Source: Dehalococcoidia bacterium
Lineage (GTDB): Bacteria; Chloroflexota; Dehalococcoidia; UBA6926
Reading direction: 5' to 3'
Length of the DNA: 64,000 bases
Assembly: GCA_965207115.1 (NCBI GenBank)
Contig: CBDBLR010000003.1
Location: forward strand, 224,563-288,562
Part shown: one piece after another, positions 17,108-26,530 of the stretch
Layout of the letters: each line of letters begins with the position of its first letter
How positions within the stretch are numbered: the stretch's first letter is position 1
Notes under the pieces: generated by a model
What the model was told of the DNA's origin: nothing
What the model saw: the letters and a program-made list of their open reading frames with translations, nothing else
Databases searched by the model: none
Translations under genes and position numbers: made by a program

Positions 17108-18292
17108 ATGGACTTCCAACAGTCGGCTGAGGACCTCGCGTTTCGTGATGAGATTCGCGATTTTGTTGCGGAGAATTGGGACGATACTCGCTACCACATG
17201 AGCGACGTGTCCAATGCGTCGTGGCACCTGGATGACCCGGAGGCGCTGGACGCCGCCCACCAATTTGCCAAGAAGCTTGTGGACAAGGGCTGGTACACCA
17301 TGCATTGGCCCACGGAGCATGGCGGGCAGGACGCCGGGTTCACACGGATGCTGACCTATCGCGAGGAGATGGCGTACCGCGGCGCGCCTGCAAGTGGTGC
17401 ATTCGGCGGGGATGCCGTTATCCTGCACGGAACGCCAAGGCAGAAAGAGGAATGGCTGCCGAAGATCGCGACGGCTGATATGCCCATCGCGCTTGGACTC
17501 TCGGAGCCCGGTAACGGATCCGACCTGGCGGGCGTGACGACGCGGGCGGTCCGCGACGGCGATGACTATGTGATCAACGGCCAGAAGATGTGGACGTCGA
17601 CCGCGCACCATTCCACGTGGATCCGGATGCTGGTGCGGACTGACACGGACGCGCCCAAGCATCGCGGCCTTTCGATATTCTTCGTGCCCCTGGATTCTCC
17701 CGGCATCACGATTCGCCCCATCCATGACATGGCGGGTCGGCGTCGCTGGAGTGAGGAGTTCTTCGAGGACGTGCGGGTGCCATCGCAGTACATGCTCGGC
17801 GAGGAGAATCGTGGCTGGTACGTTATGGCGGCGTCGCTGACGGCTGAGCGCGTGGAGGTTGGCTCTCCCGCCGCGCTGCTGCGTGAGTGGGAGCGGTTCG
17901 TGGACTTTGCGCGGACGTACAGGGCCGACGGCGGCACACCTCTGGATGATCCCATTAACCGCCAGTTGCTGGCGGACCTGCGGGTCAAGCTCGGCATGTT
18001 CCGCGCCATCTGCTGGAAGGGCGCGTGGGACAGTCGTCAGGGCGAGGATGTGTCTCGTATCGCGTCGATCTCACGCGTGTTGTCCGGCGAGCTGGTACAG
18101 GAGCTGTGGCGGGGGTTCACACGGATTATCGGCGATGCCGCGCAGGTGATGCCGAACGGCGCAGAGTGGGCGCCCATGAAAGGATTCATCGGCGTGAACG
18201 CCCTGATGAGCACGGGCCGCACCTTCGGCCACGGCACGAAGGAGATCCAGCGGAACATCGTCGCGACACGGGGGCTGGGGCTGCCACGGTAG
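17108..18292 (+). CDS. Acyl-CoA dehydrogenase; paralog of 14290..15504
   Basis: GLSEPGNGSDLAGVTTRAVRDGDDYVINGQKMWTSTA and a C-terminal GTKEIQRNIVATRGLGLPR. Confidence 0.9.
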   Translation: MDFQQSAEDLAFRDEIRDFVAENWDDTRYHMSDVSNASWHLDDPEALDAAHQFAKKLVDKGWYTMHWPTEHGGQDAGFTRMLTYREEMAYRGAPASGAFGGDAVILHGTPRQKEEWLPKIATADMPIALGLSEPGNGSDLAGVTTRAVRDGDDYVINGQKMWTSTAHHSTWIRMLVRTDTDAPKHRGLSIFFVPLDSPGITIRPIHDMAGRRRWSEEFFEDVRVPSQYMLGEENRGWYVMAASLTAERVEVGSPAALLREWERFVDFARTYRADGGTPLDDPINRQLLADLRVKLGMFRAICWKGAWDSRQGEDVSRIASISRVLSGELVQELWRGFTRIIGDAAQVMPNGAEWAPMKGFIGVNALMSTGRTFGHGTKEIQRNIVATRGLGLPR

Positions 18293-18337
18293 GGGACGGT
18301 TCACACCCCGAAGCAATTCAGCTAATACAGTTCTGCT

Positions 18338-18961
18338 GTGAATCTCTGGCAGCCTGGGGAGTACATCACCGGGCGGAATATCTGGCATGGACGGGTGTTC
18401 ACGGCGTGGGTTTTTGTTGTTGTCGAGGATAGTGGGGATGTAATCGCGGCCTTTACGCCGCCGGGGACAGTCTGGAAAAGCCCCGTTGATATGGCGGGCA
18501 ATGACGTTCGGTTGCCACACGGTGACTGGCAGCTGCGGGATAACGTCTGGCATGGTCGTGGAATGGTGAGGGTTTTCCTCAAGGACACGGCCCATTCGGT
18601 GCTCGTCTTCTTGGGAGACGGCGACGTTCGGTGGTGGTACGTGAACCTGGAGGCGCCGTTTCGACGCACTGCCATTGGCCTCGATACAACCGACCTACAC
18701 CTTGATGTTGTCTTTCCATCGAATCTGAGCGAGCCCCAGTGGAAAGACGAGCATGAGGTCGAAGAGGCGGTCGCGTTTGGGAGCATGACTCGCGAGGATG
18801 CGGAGGCGGCGCGCGTGGAGGCAGAGCGGGCAATCAAATGGATACAGAGCGGCGATCATCCTGCTATCGATGATCGCTGGCGCACCTGGGTGCCGCCGAC
18901 CGAATGGGGAATCCCGACGCTGGCACCCAGCTGGGAGACGCTGTCTACTGAGATATCGTAG
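18338..18961 (+). CDS. DUF402-family protein (FomD/nucleoside phosphatase-like)
   Basis: WWYVNLEAPFRRT...DTTDLHLDVVF...WKDEHEVEEA pattern typical of DUF402. GTG start. Confidence 0.6.
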   Translation: MNLWQPGEYITGRNIWHGRVFTAWVFVVVEDSGDVIAAFTPPGTVWKSPVDMAGNDVRLPHGDWQLRDNVWHGRGMVRVFLKDTAHSVLVFLGDGDVRWWYVNLEAPFRRTAIGLDTTDLHLDVVFPSNLSEPQWKDEHEVEEAVAFGSMTREDAEAARVEAERAIKWIQSGDHPAIDDRWRTWVPPTEWGIPTLAPSWETLSTEIS

Positions 18962-18977
18962 GCGGCTTATCTTGCTT

Positions 18978-19051
18978 TGGCTGGGGAACGTGGATTCGAA
19001 CCACGACTAACAGATTCAGAGTCTGTCGTCCTACCGTTAGACGATTCCCCA
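18978..19051 (-). tRNA. tRNA-Gln (anticodon CTG), CCA encoded
   Basis: Manual cloverleaf: acceptor TGGGGAA/TTCCCCA, anticodon stem ACAGA/TCTGT with loop CTCTGAA, T-arm CGTGG-TTCGAAT-CCACG, 74 nt. Confidence 0.95.
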
Positions 19052-19116
19052 GCAGGAGCATCGCGCTATCCATAGTACCCCCAAATCGCAATCTCAGGGC
19101 GCGCGATTTCAGTAGA

Positions 19117-19356
19117 ATGGGTACGCAAGGGGGGACGATGGCGACATACTCGATTGAAGTGGTGCTCTATCGTGAGGGCGATACATGGGTTGCGCAGGCG
19201 CTCAATGTCGATGTGTCGTCTTTCGGTGATACCCGTGATGAAGCCCGGGTGGCGATCACAGAGGCACTTGAACTGTATTTCGAAGACGCGTCTGATGCGG
19301 ATCTGATTCCGGCGGCGGATGCGGAATTAGACCGTATCACCGTTGAGGCGGTATAG
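19117..19356 (+). CDS. hicB: HicB-family antitoxin (UPF0150-like)
   Basis: YSIEVVLYREGDTWVAQALNVDVSSFGDTRDEARVAITEALELYFED. The start may be the second ATG at 19138. Confidence 0.7.
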   Translation: MGTQGGTMATYSIEVVLYREGDTWVAQALNVDVSSFGDTRDEARVAITEALELYFEDASDADLIPAADAELDRITVEAV

Positions 19357-19564
19357 CAGTCAAGACATCGTCCGAGCCCTGACACGACTCGGGTTCGAAC
19401 GGGTTTCACAGAGAGGGAGCCACCTCAAGCTGAGGGCATTTCGCGATGGCCGTAGGCGCACGGTTATCGTGAAAATGGGCGCGCGCATCGTGCCACCCGG
19501 AACCGTTTCGTCGGTTCTGCGACAGGCGGGAATCGATAGAGTCGAGCTTAATGAGGCACTGTAG
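19343..19564 (+). CDS. hicA: HicA-family mRNA interferase toxin
   Basis: IVRALTRLGFERVSQRGSHLKL...VIVKMGARIVPPGTVSSVLRQAGI. TTG start overlaps the end of hicB. Confidence 0.8.
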   Translation: MRRYSSQDIVRALTRLGFERVSQRGSHLKLRAFRDGRRRTVIVKMGARIVPPGTVSSVLRQAGIDRVELNEAL

Positions 19565-19611
19565 GGTACCGGACTTTCGTCCATCTGAATCCATAGGCGT
19601 ACACTATTCGT

Positions 19612-22107
19612 ATGGCAACCACTGAATCTGACAACAGGCTTTCGGAGCTTGAGACCATTTCTATCAGCGTCTCCGGCATGACGTGCGCCGCGTGTGTGAT
19701 GCATGTGGAGCATGCGCTAACTGACGTGCCCGGTGTTGAAGAGGCACGGGTCAACCTGGCGACGGAGCGCGCAATGGTGGAAGTTCCCGAGGGGCTTTCG
19801 TTTGACGTGCTCGCCTCCGCCGTCAAGGACGCGGGCTACGGCGCCCGAACGGAGACACAGCGGCTATTCATCGAACCGGACGCGAACGGCGATGATCCGC
19901 GTGACAAGGCCGTCTCTGCGCTCATGAACCTGCGCGGTGTCCGGTGGGTGACGCCGGACGAGGATGACTCCACCGCCGTCACAATCGAGCACTACAGCGC
20001 CGCCGTTGACGCGAGCGATCTGCGCGGCGCAGTGGTGGAAGCGGGTCTGCGGGTCGCGGGCATCGAGGAGAAGGAGGACGCTCGCGTCGTCGCCAAGGAG
20101 GAAGAGGAGTGGGCGCTGAGGATGCGGTTCCTCGTTGCGCTGTCCAGTGGCGCGTTCGTCATGCTGCTGGGAATGCTCAGCGGCGTGCCCGACCAGATTG
20201 CCCACCTGATCATGTTCGCAATCGCGACGCCCATCCAATTCTGGGCGGGGTCGCTGTTCTATGCCAGCGCGTGGTCTGCGCTGAAGCAGCGAACGTCCAA
20301 CATGAATACGCTCATCTCGCTCGGAACGACGGCCGCGTATCTCTACAGCGTTGCAGCGACGTTTGTGCCGGAATTCTTTGAATCAGCGGGCGGCGCGGCG
20401 GCGGTCTATTACGATACGGCGATCATCATTATCGCGCTCATCCTCATGGGGCGTTGGATGGAGGCGCGGGCGCGAGGCAAGGCATCGGACGCCATCGCGT
20501 CGCTCCTTGGTCTGCAGCCAAAGTCCGCGCGGGTGATTCGCGACGGCGCGGAGGTGATGCTGCCCGTGGAGAGCGTGCTGCCGAATGACATCGTCGCCGT
20601 GCGCCCGGGGGAGCGGCTGCCGGTGGATGGCATCGTCACTGAGGGCGCATCCACCATCGACGAATCGATGCTGACGGGGGAGAGCATCCCTGTTGATAAG
20701 CGCGAGGGCGATGAGGTTTACGGCGCGACGGTGAACGGGACGGGCGCGTTCCGCCTGCGTGCGACTCGCGTTGGCAAGGACACTGCGCTCTCGCAGATCG
20801 TCCGACTCGTGGAGGAGGCGCAGGGTTCCAAGGCGCCGGTGCAACGGCTCGCGGACTTGATCTCGTCCTATTTCGTACCGACGGTCGTCGCCATCTCCAT
20901 CATCACGTTCATCTTCTGGATCACGCTGGGGCCTGATCCGGCATTCACACTCGCCACACTGAACATGGTGGCGGTGCTGATCATCGCCTGCCCGTGCGCA
21001 CTGGGACTTGCCACGCCCACGGCCATCATGGTCGGTACCGGCAAGGGCGCGGAGAACGGCGTTCTTATCAGAAACGCGCAGGCGCTTGAGCTTGCCAGCA
21101 AGATTCGAACTGTCGCCCTGGACAAGACCGGAACCATCACGCAGGGCCGCCCCGCCGTCACCGATGTTTTTCTACGTGACACTTCCGCTGAGGCCGAAGT
21201 CCTGGCTATCGCCGCAGCGGTTGAGGCGAACTCTGAACATCCGCTGGCGGAGGCCGTACTGTCACGCGCGGGTAATGCGGCGGGGCAGGGCATGACGGTC
21301 ACGGACTTTGAGGCGCTGCCGGGCGCAGGCGTCACGGCCATCGTCGATGACCGCCGTGTCGTCATTGGCAGCGCGCGACTCCTTGCTGAGCGCAACGTGG
21401 AGATACCTGAGTCCCTACGGAAGAATGCGGACACACTCGCTGAGCAGGGCAAAACGCTGATGTTCGTCGCATCAGACGATGAGGCTGTCGGAGTGCTGGC
21501 CATCCAGGACCCGGTGAAGCCGTCGGCGGCGCGGGCCGTTGAAAGACTTCATGCGCTAGGCGTCAGCACGGTGATGCTGACGGGAGATAACCGCGCGACG
21601 GCGCAGGCCATTGCCAGTCAGGTGGGGATCAGCGAGGTTCGTGCGGAGGTGCTGCCGGCGCAGAAGGCGGAAGCCGTGTCCGCGCTGCAGACCGGAAGCG
21701 GGTACGTTGCGATGGTGGGTGACGGCATCAATGACGCGCCCGCGTTGGCTCAGGCGGATGTCGGAATAGCCATCGGCACGGGAGCGGACGTCGCAATGGA
21801 AGCCGCGGACGTGACGCTGGTGAGCGGCGATCCGAACGGCATCGCAACGGCCATTCAACTCTCTCGCCGCACTGTGTGGACCATCTGGCAGAATCTCTTC
21901 TGGGCGTTTTTCTACAACGCGACGCTTATCCCGATCGCGGCGGGTTTGCTGTATGTGGTATTCAGTGACGGCGTGCCGACAGGCCTTCAGTTCGCGCTTG
22001 GCGAGCACGGCTTCCTCAATCCAATGATGGCCGCTGCCGCAATGGCAATGTCCAGCGTAAGCGTCGTGCTGAACTCCCTACGGTTGAAGGGGTTCAAGGC
22101 GGGGTAG
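19612..22107 (+). CDS. copA: Copper-translocating P1B-type ATPase
   Basis: HMA motif [15 protein letters not shown] motif [12 protein letters not shown], phosphorylation site DKTGTIT, and hinge [12 protein letters not shown]. Confidence 0.95.
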   Translation: MATTESDNRLSELETISISVSGMTCAACVMHVEHALTDVPGVEEARVNLATERAMVEVPEGLSFDVLASAVKDAGYGARTETQRLFIEPDANGDDPRDKAVSALMNLRGVRWVTPDEDDSTAVTIEHYSAAVDASDLRGAVVEAGLRVAGIEEKEDARVVAKEEEEWALRMRFLVALSSGAFVMLLGMLSGVPDQIAHLIMFAIATPIQFWAGSLFYASAWSALKQRTSNMNTLISLGTTAAYLYSVAATFVPEFFESAGGAAAVYYDTAIIIIALILMGRWMEARARGKASDAIASLLGLQPKSARVIRDGAEVMLPVESVLPNDIVAVRPGERLPVDGIVTEGASTIDESMLTGESIPVDKREGDEVYGATVNGTGAFRLRATRVGKDTALSQIVRLVEEAQGSKAPVQRLADLISSYFVPTVVAISIITFIFWITLGPDPAFTLATLNMVAVLIIACPCALGLATPTAIMVGTGKGAENGVLIRNAQALELASKIRTVALDKTGTITQGRPAVTDVFLRDTSAEAEVLAIAAAVEANSEHPLAEAVLSRAGNAAGQGMTVTDFEALPGAGVTAIVDDRRVVIGSARLLAERNVEIPESLRKNADTLAEQGKTLMFVASDDEAVGVLAIQDPVKPSAARAVERLHALGVSTVMLTGDNRATAQAIASQVGISEVRAEVLPAQKAEAVSALQTGSGYVAMVGDGINDAPALAQADVGIAIGTGADVAMEAADVTLVSGDPNGIATAIQLSRRTVWTIWQNLFWAFFYNATLIPIAAGLLYVVFSDGVPTGLQFALGEHGFLNPMMAAAAMAMSSVSVVLNSLRLKGFKAG

Positions 22108-22306
22108 GGGCGGTACGGCGCGGGTTCGCGATCCGGCAGGTCAAGCCAAATGAGTCAGAGTGCCGCGTTCCAGCGTGGGCTTCGATAAAGCGCCCCCATT
22201 TGCTCTCAGCCCTTGGTGGAATCACAAATCTGCGCGGTGTGTTTGTGTGGGGTAGGATTGAGTATTGCTCCTGATCGGGGTTCAACGTGGATGGAGGTCT
22301 CGAACG

Positions 22307-22513
22307 ATGGTCAGCAAGTTTTTGGGGTTTATGAAGAAGGAAGAGCCGGCGGAGGATCCGGTCTGCCACATGATGGTCAGTCCGAGCAAGCCGCCCGGAG
22401 GCTCTTATGATCATGAGGGGACGACGTATTACTTCTGCGGCCCGGGCTGCCGTGTTGCGTTTTCCAAGGAGCCACAGTCGTATCTGAGCGGCGAAAAGAG
22501 CATGGATATGTAA
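22307..22513 (+). CDS. YHS/TRASH-domain metal-binding protein
   Basis: DPVCHMMVSP...YYFCGPGCRVAFSKEP. GGAGG lies upstream of the ATG at 22307; the track ORF starts at 22265. Confidence 0.8.
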   Translation: MVSKFLGFMKKEEPAEDPVCHMMVSPSKPPGGSYDHEGTTYYFCGPGCRVAFSKEPQSYLSGEKSMDM

Positions 22514-22524
22514 GGAGCTCTCGG

Positions 22525-24060
22525 TTGTTCACGAGTAGTATCCTCAAACTCCTCCCAAACTTGACCCGATCGATTCGGTCGGGTCGTGGTGCCACTTCAA
22601 CAAAGAAATCGGACAGTCGCCGCATGGCGGCGGCATGGCTTTGGCTTGCAGGAATTTTCGCCGTTGCGCTGATCGGCGCAGCCTGCGATGACTCCACGCC
22701 AGAGACGACAGGATCGCCGGATGCCCCGACGCCGACACCAGTCATCGACTTGGCCCCAACTGAAACGCCAATACCAACTGCAACTGCGACTACATTGCCG
22801 TCGCCAACTTCCGTCCCGCCAACTGCCACGCCCACTGAGATACCTGAGCCTTCGTGTGTGCTTGATCCGCCGGAGCTCGATCATCCGACCAATTCAGCGA
22901 GCGATGAGGCATGGCGTTTCCTGTTTGATTTGACGCGGGAATTCAGTCCTCGAGAGAGCGCGACGGACGAGGAATACGCGGCGGGTGAAGAGCTGAACTG
23001 TCTGCTGACGGAGATCGGCTACACCACTGAATTCCAGGATTTTCAGCGGCTGGTGGACACGGTGTCCTCGGTCATCGCTGGTCCCGAAGCGCCGGCCAGC
23101 CTGGGGGCGATCCAATCCGTGCCCATTGAGGATTCCTTTGTGGGAGAGGCTACCGGCGAGTTGGTCTTTGTTGGCTTGGCGCTGGAAAGCGATGTTGGTG
23201 CGCAACGGCTTGACGGCAAGGTTGCCCTGATTGAACGCGGAACGATTACATTCCAGGAGAAGGTGGAACGGGTTGAGGCTGCGGGCGCAGTCGGCGCGAT
23301 CATCGTCAATAGGGAGGATGGGCTGTTCCGGGGCGTCATGGTGACTCCGGATGACGTGCCCGGCATACCGGCAGTCGGCATCAGCCGCGGGAATGGCCTA
23401 GCGCTACAGGAGGCAATCGAAAGCGGCGGCCTGGAAGTGACCGTTGGTGTCGAGAATTTCTATCAGCCGTCGCGCAACCTGATTGCTGAGAAACCGGGCG
23501 GGCCGGACGGGCAGGGCGTTGTCATCGTCGGCGCACACTATGACACCGTGCATTTCACGGAAGGCGCCAATGACAACGGTTCCGGTCTGACGGCGCTTAT
23601 GGCAATCGCCAACACCATAATCGACACCGACTATCCGTTCACTGTGCGGCTGCTGCTGTTTGGCTCGGAAGAGGTGGGGCTGGTCGGCAGTAGGCACTAC
23701 GTGGAGCAACTGACCGAGGAAGAGCGTTCCGAGATCATCGCGATGATCAACTATGATTCCGTCGGTTCGGGCGCAAGAATCGAGGTACGGGGAGATGAGG
23801 AGCTCACCGGCGCGGCGATGTCGGCAGCGGAACAGATGGACATATCCTTCGCCGGTTACTTGACCAGGCACATTTCGAACAGTGATCATCGACCGTTCGA
23901 TGACGCAGGTGTGCCGGTCATCATCATCACGGCCGACGATGTCTCGCGCATCAACTCGCCGCGGGACACCCTGGATTTTGTTGACTCACAACTGGTTGTC
24001 TGGGCGGCGGACATCGGTATCGGTATTCTGGATCACCTGGCGGAGACCCATCGAAATTAG
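22525..24060 (+). CDS. Exported M28-family aminopeptidase with a PA domain and a Pro/Thr-rich tether
   Basis: GAHYDTVHFTEGANDNGSGL, LFGSEEVGLVGSRHY, NYDSVG, SDHRPF. The likely true start is the ATG at 22624, giving signal peptide MAAAWLWLAGIFAVALIGAAC. Confidence 0.85.
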   Translation: MFTSSILKLLPNLTRSIRSGRGATSTKKSDSRRMAAAWLWLAGIFAVALIGAACDDSTPETTGSPDAPTPTPVIDLAPTETPIPTATATTLPSPTSVPPTATPTEIPEPSCVLDPPELDHPTNSASDEAWRFLFDLTREFSPRESATDEEYAAGEELNCLLTEIGYTTEFQDFQRLVDTVSSVIAGPEAPASLGAIQSVPIEDSFVGEATGELVFVGLALESDVGAQRLDGKVALIERGTITFQEKVERVEAAGAVGAIIVNREDGLFRGVMVTPDDVPGIPAVGISRGNGLALQEAIESGGLEVTVGVENFYQPSRNLIAEKPGGPDGQGVVIVGAHYDTVHFTEGANDNGSGLTALMAIANTIIDTDYPFTVRLLLFGSEEVGLVGSRHYVEQLTEEERSEIIAMINYDSVGSGARIEVRGDEELTGAAMSAAEQMDISFAGYLTRHISNSDHRPFDDAGVPVIIITADDVSRINSPRDTLDFVDSQLVVWAADIGIGILDHLAETHRN

Positions 24061-24135
24061 ACGACATTCTCAGGGTTATGCTGGTTCCGTACTGTAGGGA
24101 TTGAAGAGAGCAAGACCGATCAGGGAGTAGCTGCC

Positions 24136-25542
24136 ATGACCACTGCGGCGCGTGAGTTTGATGTGATCGTGATTGGGACGGGATCAGGCGTGAGCATCGC
24201 GGACTCCGCCGCCGCGGAGGGCCTGACCGCTGCCATCGTGGAGAGCGGGCCGTTCGGCGGCACCTGCGTGAATCGCGGGTGCATTCCCTCCAAGCAGCTC
24301 ATCCACTCCGCCGACGTCATGGAGATTATCGACAAGGCGGCAGATTTCGGCATCATTGCACACGTCGATGCTATTGATTGGGACAAGATCATCAGCCGCG
24401 TCATTTCAGAGGCGGACGACTCAGCCAATACTGTCGAGTCCCGCTACCACGGCAATGACAAGGTGGCTATCTACAAGGGCGAGGGGCGATTCGTCGATTT
24501 CAAGACGATGGAGGTCAACGGCGAACGGATTACCGCGCCGAAGATCATGATTGCGGCGGGCAGCCGCCCCGTCGTGCCGCCCATTCCCGGCATCGATGAT
24601 GTGCCCTACCTGACATCCGACGAGGCCCTGCGGTATGACAAGCAGCCGGAGAAGCTCATCGTCGTGGGCGGCGGGTTTGTCGGCATTGAGCTTGCGCACT
24701 TCTACGGCGCGCTCGGTACGGACGTGACGGTTGTGCAGCGCGGGCCAACACTGCTGCCCATCGAGGATGAGGACGTGGCGCGCCGATTTACGGACCTTGC
24801 CAAGCGCAAGTACCGGGTGATTCTCGATGCGGAGACGCGCAGCGTGTCGCACAACAACGGCGAAATCTCGCTGGAGATAACGACACCGGGTGGCGATCAG
24901 ACTATCATCGGCGATACGCTCCTGCTCGCGACGGGACGCCGGCCCAATTCAGACCGGCTTGACCTGGACAAGACGGGCGTCCAGATGAATGCGCGCGGAC
25001 TGGTGGTTGTGGATGAATACCTGGAGACCAACGTGCCGGGCATCTGGGCGCTGGGCGATGTGGTGGGGCGCTACCAGCTCAAGCACAACGCGAACTGGGA
25101 GTGGTGGCACGCCGACCACAACATGTTTGATCGCGGGCCCAAGGCTGCCGTGAACTATCATGCGATGCCGCACGCCGTGTTCGCCTCGCCACAGATAGGC
25201 GCGGTTGGCATGACAGAACAGCAGGCGCGAGACGAGGGCGTGCCGTACGTGCTGGGGACGTATGAATACGCGTGGTCGGCGCACGGCATCGCCATCGGGG
25301 ATCTGACGGGCTTCGTGAAGATCATCGCGCATGCGGAGACACGGGAGATTCTTGGGGCGCACATCATGGGCACAGACGCGGCGACGTTGATCCAGGACAT
25401 CGCGAATGGAATACGGATCGGACTGACGACGGATGTGTACTCGCAGGGCATCTATGTGCATCCCGCGGCGCCGGAGGTTGTGTACGGCGCGATGCGATCC
25501 GTGCCGGGGACAAAGTTCCCACCTGTGCAGCCGAACGCCTAA
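24136..25542 (+). CDS. Class I FAD-dependent pyridine nucleotide-disulfide oxidoreductase (glutathione/mycothione reductase-like)
   Basis: VIVIGTGSG, the redox-active disulfide GGTCVNRGCIPSK, and a C-terminal HP..PE dyad. There is no C-terminal Cys pair, so it is not MerA. Confidence 0.85.
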   Translation: MTTAAREFDVIVIGTGSGVSIADSAAAEGLTAAIVESGPFGGTCVNRGCIPSKQLIHSADVMEIIDKAADFGIIAHVDAIDWDKIISRVISEADDSANTVESRYHGNDKVAIYKGEGRFVDFKTMEVNGERITAPKIMIAAGSRPVVPPIPGIDDVPYLTSDEALRYDKQPEKLIVVGGGFVGIELAHFYGALGTDVTVVQRGPTLLPIEDEDVARRFTDLAKRKYRVILDAETRSVSHNNGEISLEITTPGGDQTIIGDTLLLATGRRPNSDRLDLDKTGVQMNARGLVVVDEYLETNVPGIWALGDVVGRYQLKHNANWEWWHADHNMFDRGPKAAVNYHAMPHAVFASPQIGAVGMTEQQARDEGVPYVLGTYEYAWSAHGIAIGDLTGFVKIIAHAETREILGAHIMGTDAATLIQDIANGIRIGLTTDVYSQGIYVHPAAPEVVYGAMRSVPGTKFPPVQPNA

Positions 25543-25623
25543 TTGATACTCGTTTGCGCTTGCCATCGCGTGTGTAGTGGACTACTGTAGCCGCGTGCGG
25601 CAACTGTAGAGCCGGAACCACAG

Positions 25624-26382
25624 ATGGGAGGCACTATGAATTCCGAGGATCGAGCCACACGGAAAACCAGGGCGGCAGGCCTGGCATTTATGGTCGGACT
25701 TGTCGTGACGATGGTCGCGTCATTCTTCCTTCCGGGTGGATTCATCATTGAATACACAGACCCAGCTGATTACGGCGCTTCAGTTGCCGTGTTGGCGGAC
25801 TATGCAAACCTGGGCCACCTGGTTACGACAGTGTCAATTATCGGGATGCTGTTGATGATTGGAGGGGTGATTCGGCTCTACAGCGTATCTGAAGGCGAAG
25901 GAGCCCTGGCCCGTCCCCTCCTCAGGTTCGGCATCATTCTGACCGTGATTGAGTGGGCTATCGTCATCCTTGGACACGGCGAGCGGCACCTCCTGATTCA
26001 CCTCCTGCAGCGTGGTGAAGGGGAGAGCCTGAGCGCCGAGGTGATGGCGCAATATGATTCGCTGGTGATCGGGGGGTACGCGGATATGGTTGGCGGATTC
26101 CTCGCGTTCCTGTTCATCTTCCCGTTCGCCTCGTTCCTCCTGGGACTCGGATTGTCCTCACGGTTCAGCAGCCTGGACATATACAAGATTGCGTCCTACC
26201 TGCTGATGCTGGTTGGAATCGTTGGCTTCGTGGTGATCATGACAGGCATGCACTTCCCGGATCTTGATCTGCAGACTCTACTGGTCGTCAACAACCTGAA
26301 CCTGACGGTGGGAGCGGTGGCGCTGTTCATCATCGGCCTCGGCATGTACCAGGGCCGCAGCGAGCTCTCCTCGGAGGGTTAG
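25624..26382 (+). CDS. Integral membrane protein of unknown function, about 250 aa
   Basis: About 6-7 hydrophobic segments and a strong terminator immediately downstream. Confidence 0.65.
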   Translation: MGGTMNSEDRATRKTRAAGLAFMVGLVVTMVASFFLPGGFIIEYTDPADYGASVAVLADYANLGHLVTTVSIIGMLLMIGGVIRLYSVSEGEGALARPLLRFGIILTVIEWAIVILGHGERHLLIHLLQRGEGESLSAEVMAQYDSLVIGGYADMVGGFLAFLFIFPFASFLLGLGLSSRFSSLDIYKIASYLLMLVGIVGFVVIMTGMHFPDLDLQTLLVVNNLNLTVGAVALFIIGLGMYQGRSELSSEG

Positions 26383-26423
26383 GCTACCCGTCAGTCCAAA
26401 CTGACTGAATACGGAACAGGAAA

Positions 26424-26462
26424 CCCTGCCGCCCCTTTTGAAGGGACGGCAGGGTGGTTTTT
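26424..26462 (+). terminator. Rho-independent terminator
   Basis: CCCTGCCGCCCCTT / AAGGGACGGCAGGG stem followed by TGGTTTTT. Confidence 0.75.
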
Positions 26463-26490
26463 GGGGTCATTAACCTCGCAAACACCAACT

Positions 26491-26517
26491 CCGTCATTCC
26501 CCCCGAAAGCGGGGATC
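26491..26517 (+). repeat. Copy of the CCGTCATTC...GAATCC-type short repeat; left flank of the low-GC cassette
   Basis: CCGTCATTCCCCCCGAAAGCGGGGATC with an internal hairpin. It shares the CCGTCATTCC head with the reverse complement of 28204-28230 and of 9663-9690. Confidence 0.7.
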
Positions 26518-26530
26518 TGACGTTGTCCTT

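Noticed and set aside
24136-25542. Mercuric reductase (MerA), given the nearby copA and YHS metal genes.
   Set aside because: There is no N-terminal HMA domain and no C-terminal Cys-Cys pair. The redox motif and tail fit a generic glutathione/mycothione/dihydrolipoamide-type flavoprotein.
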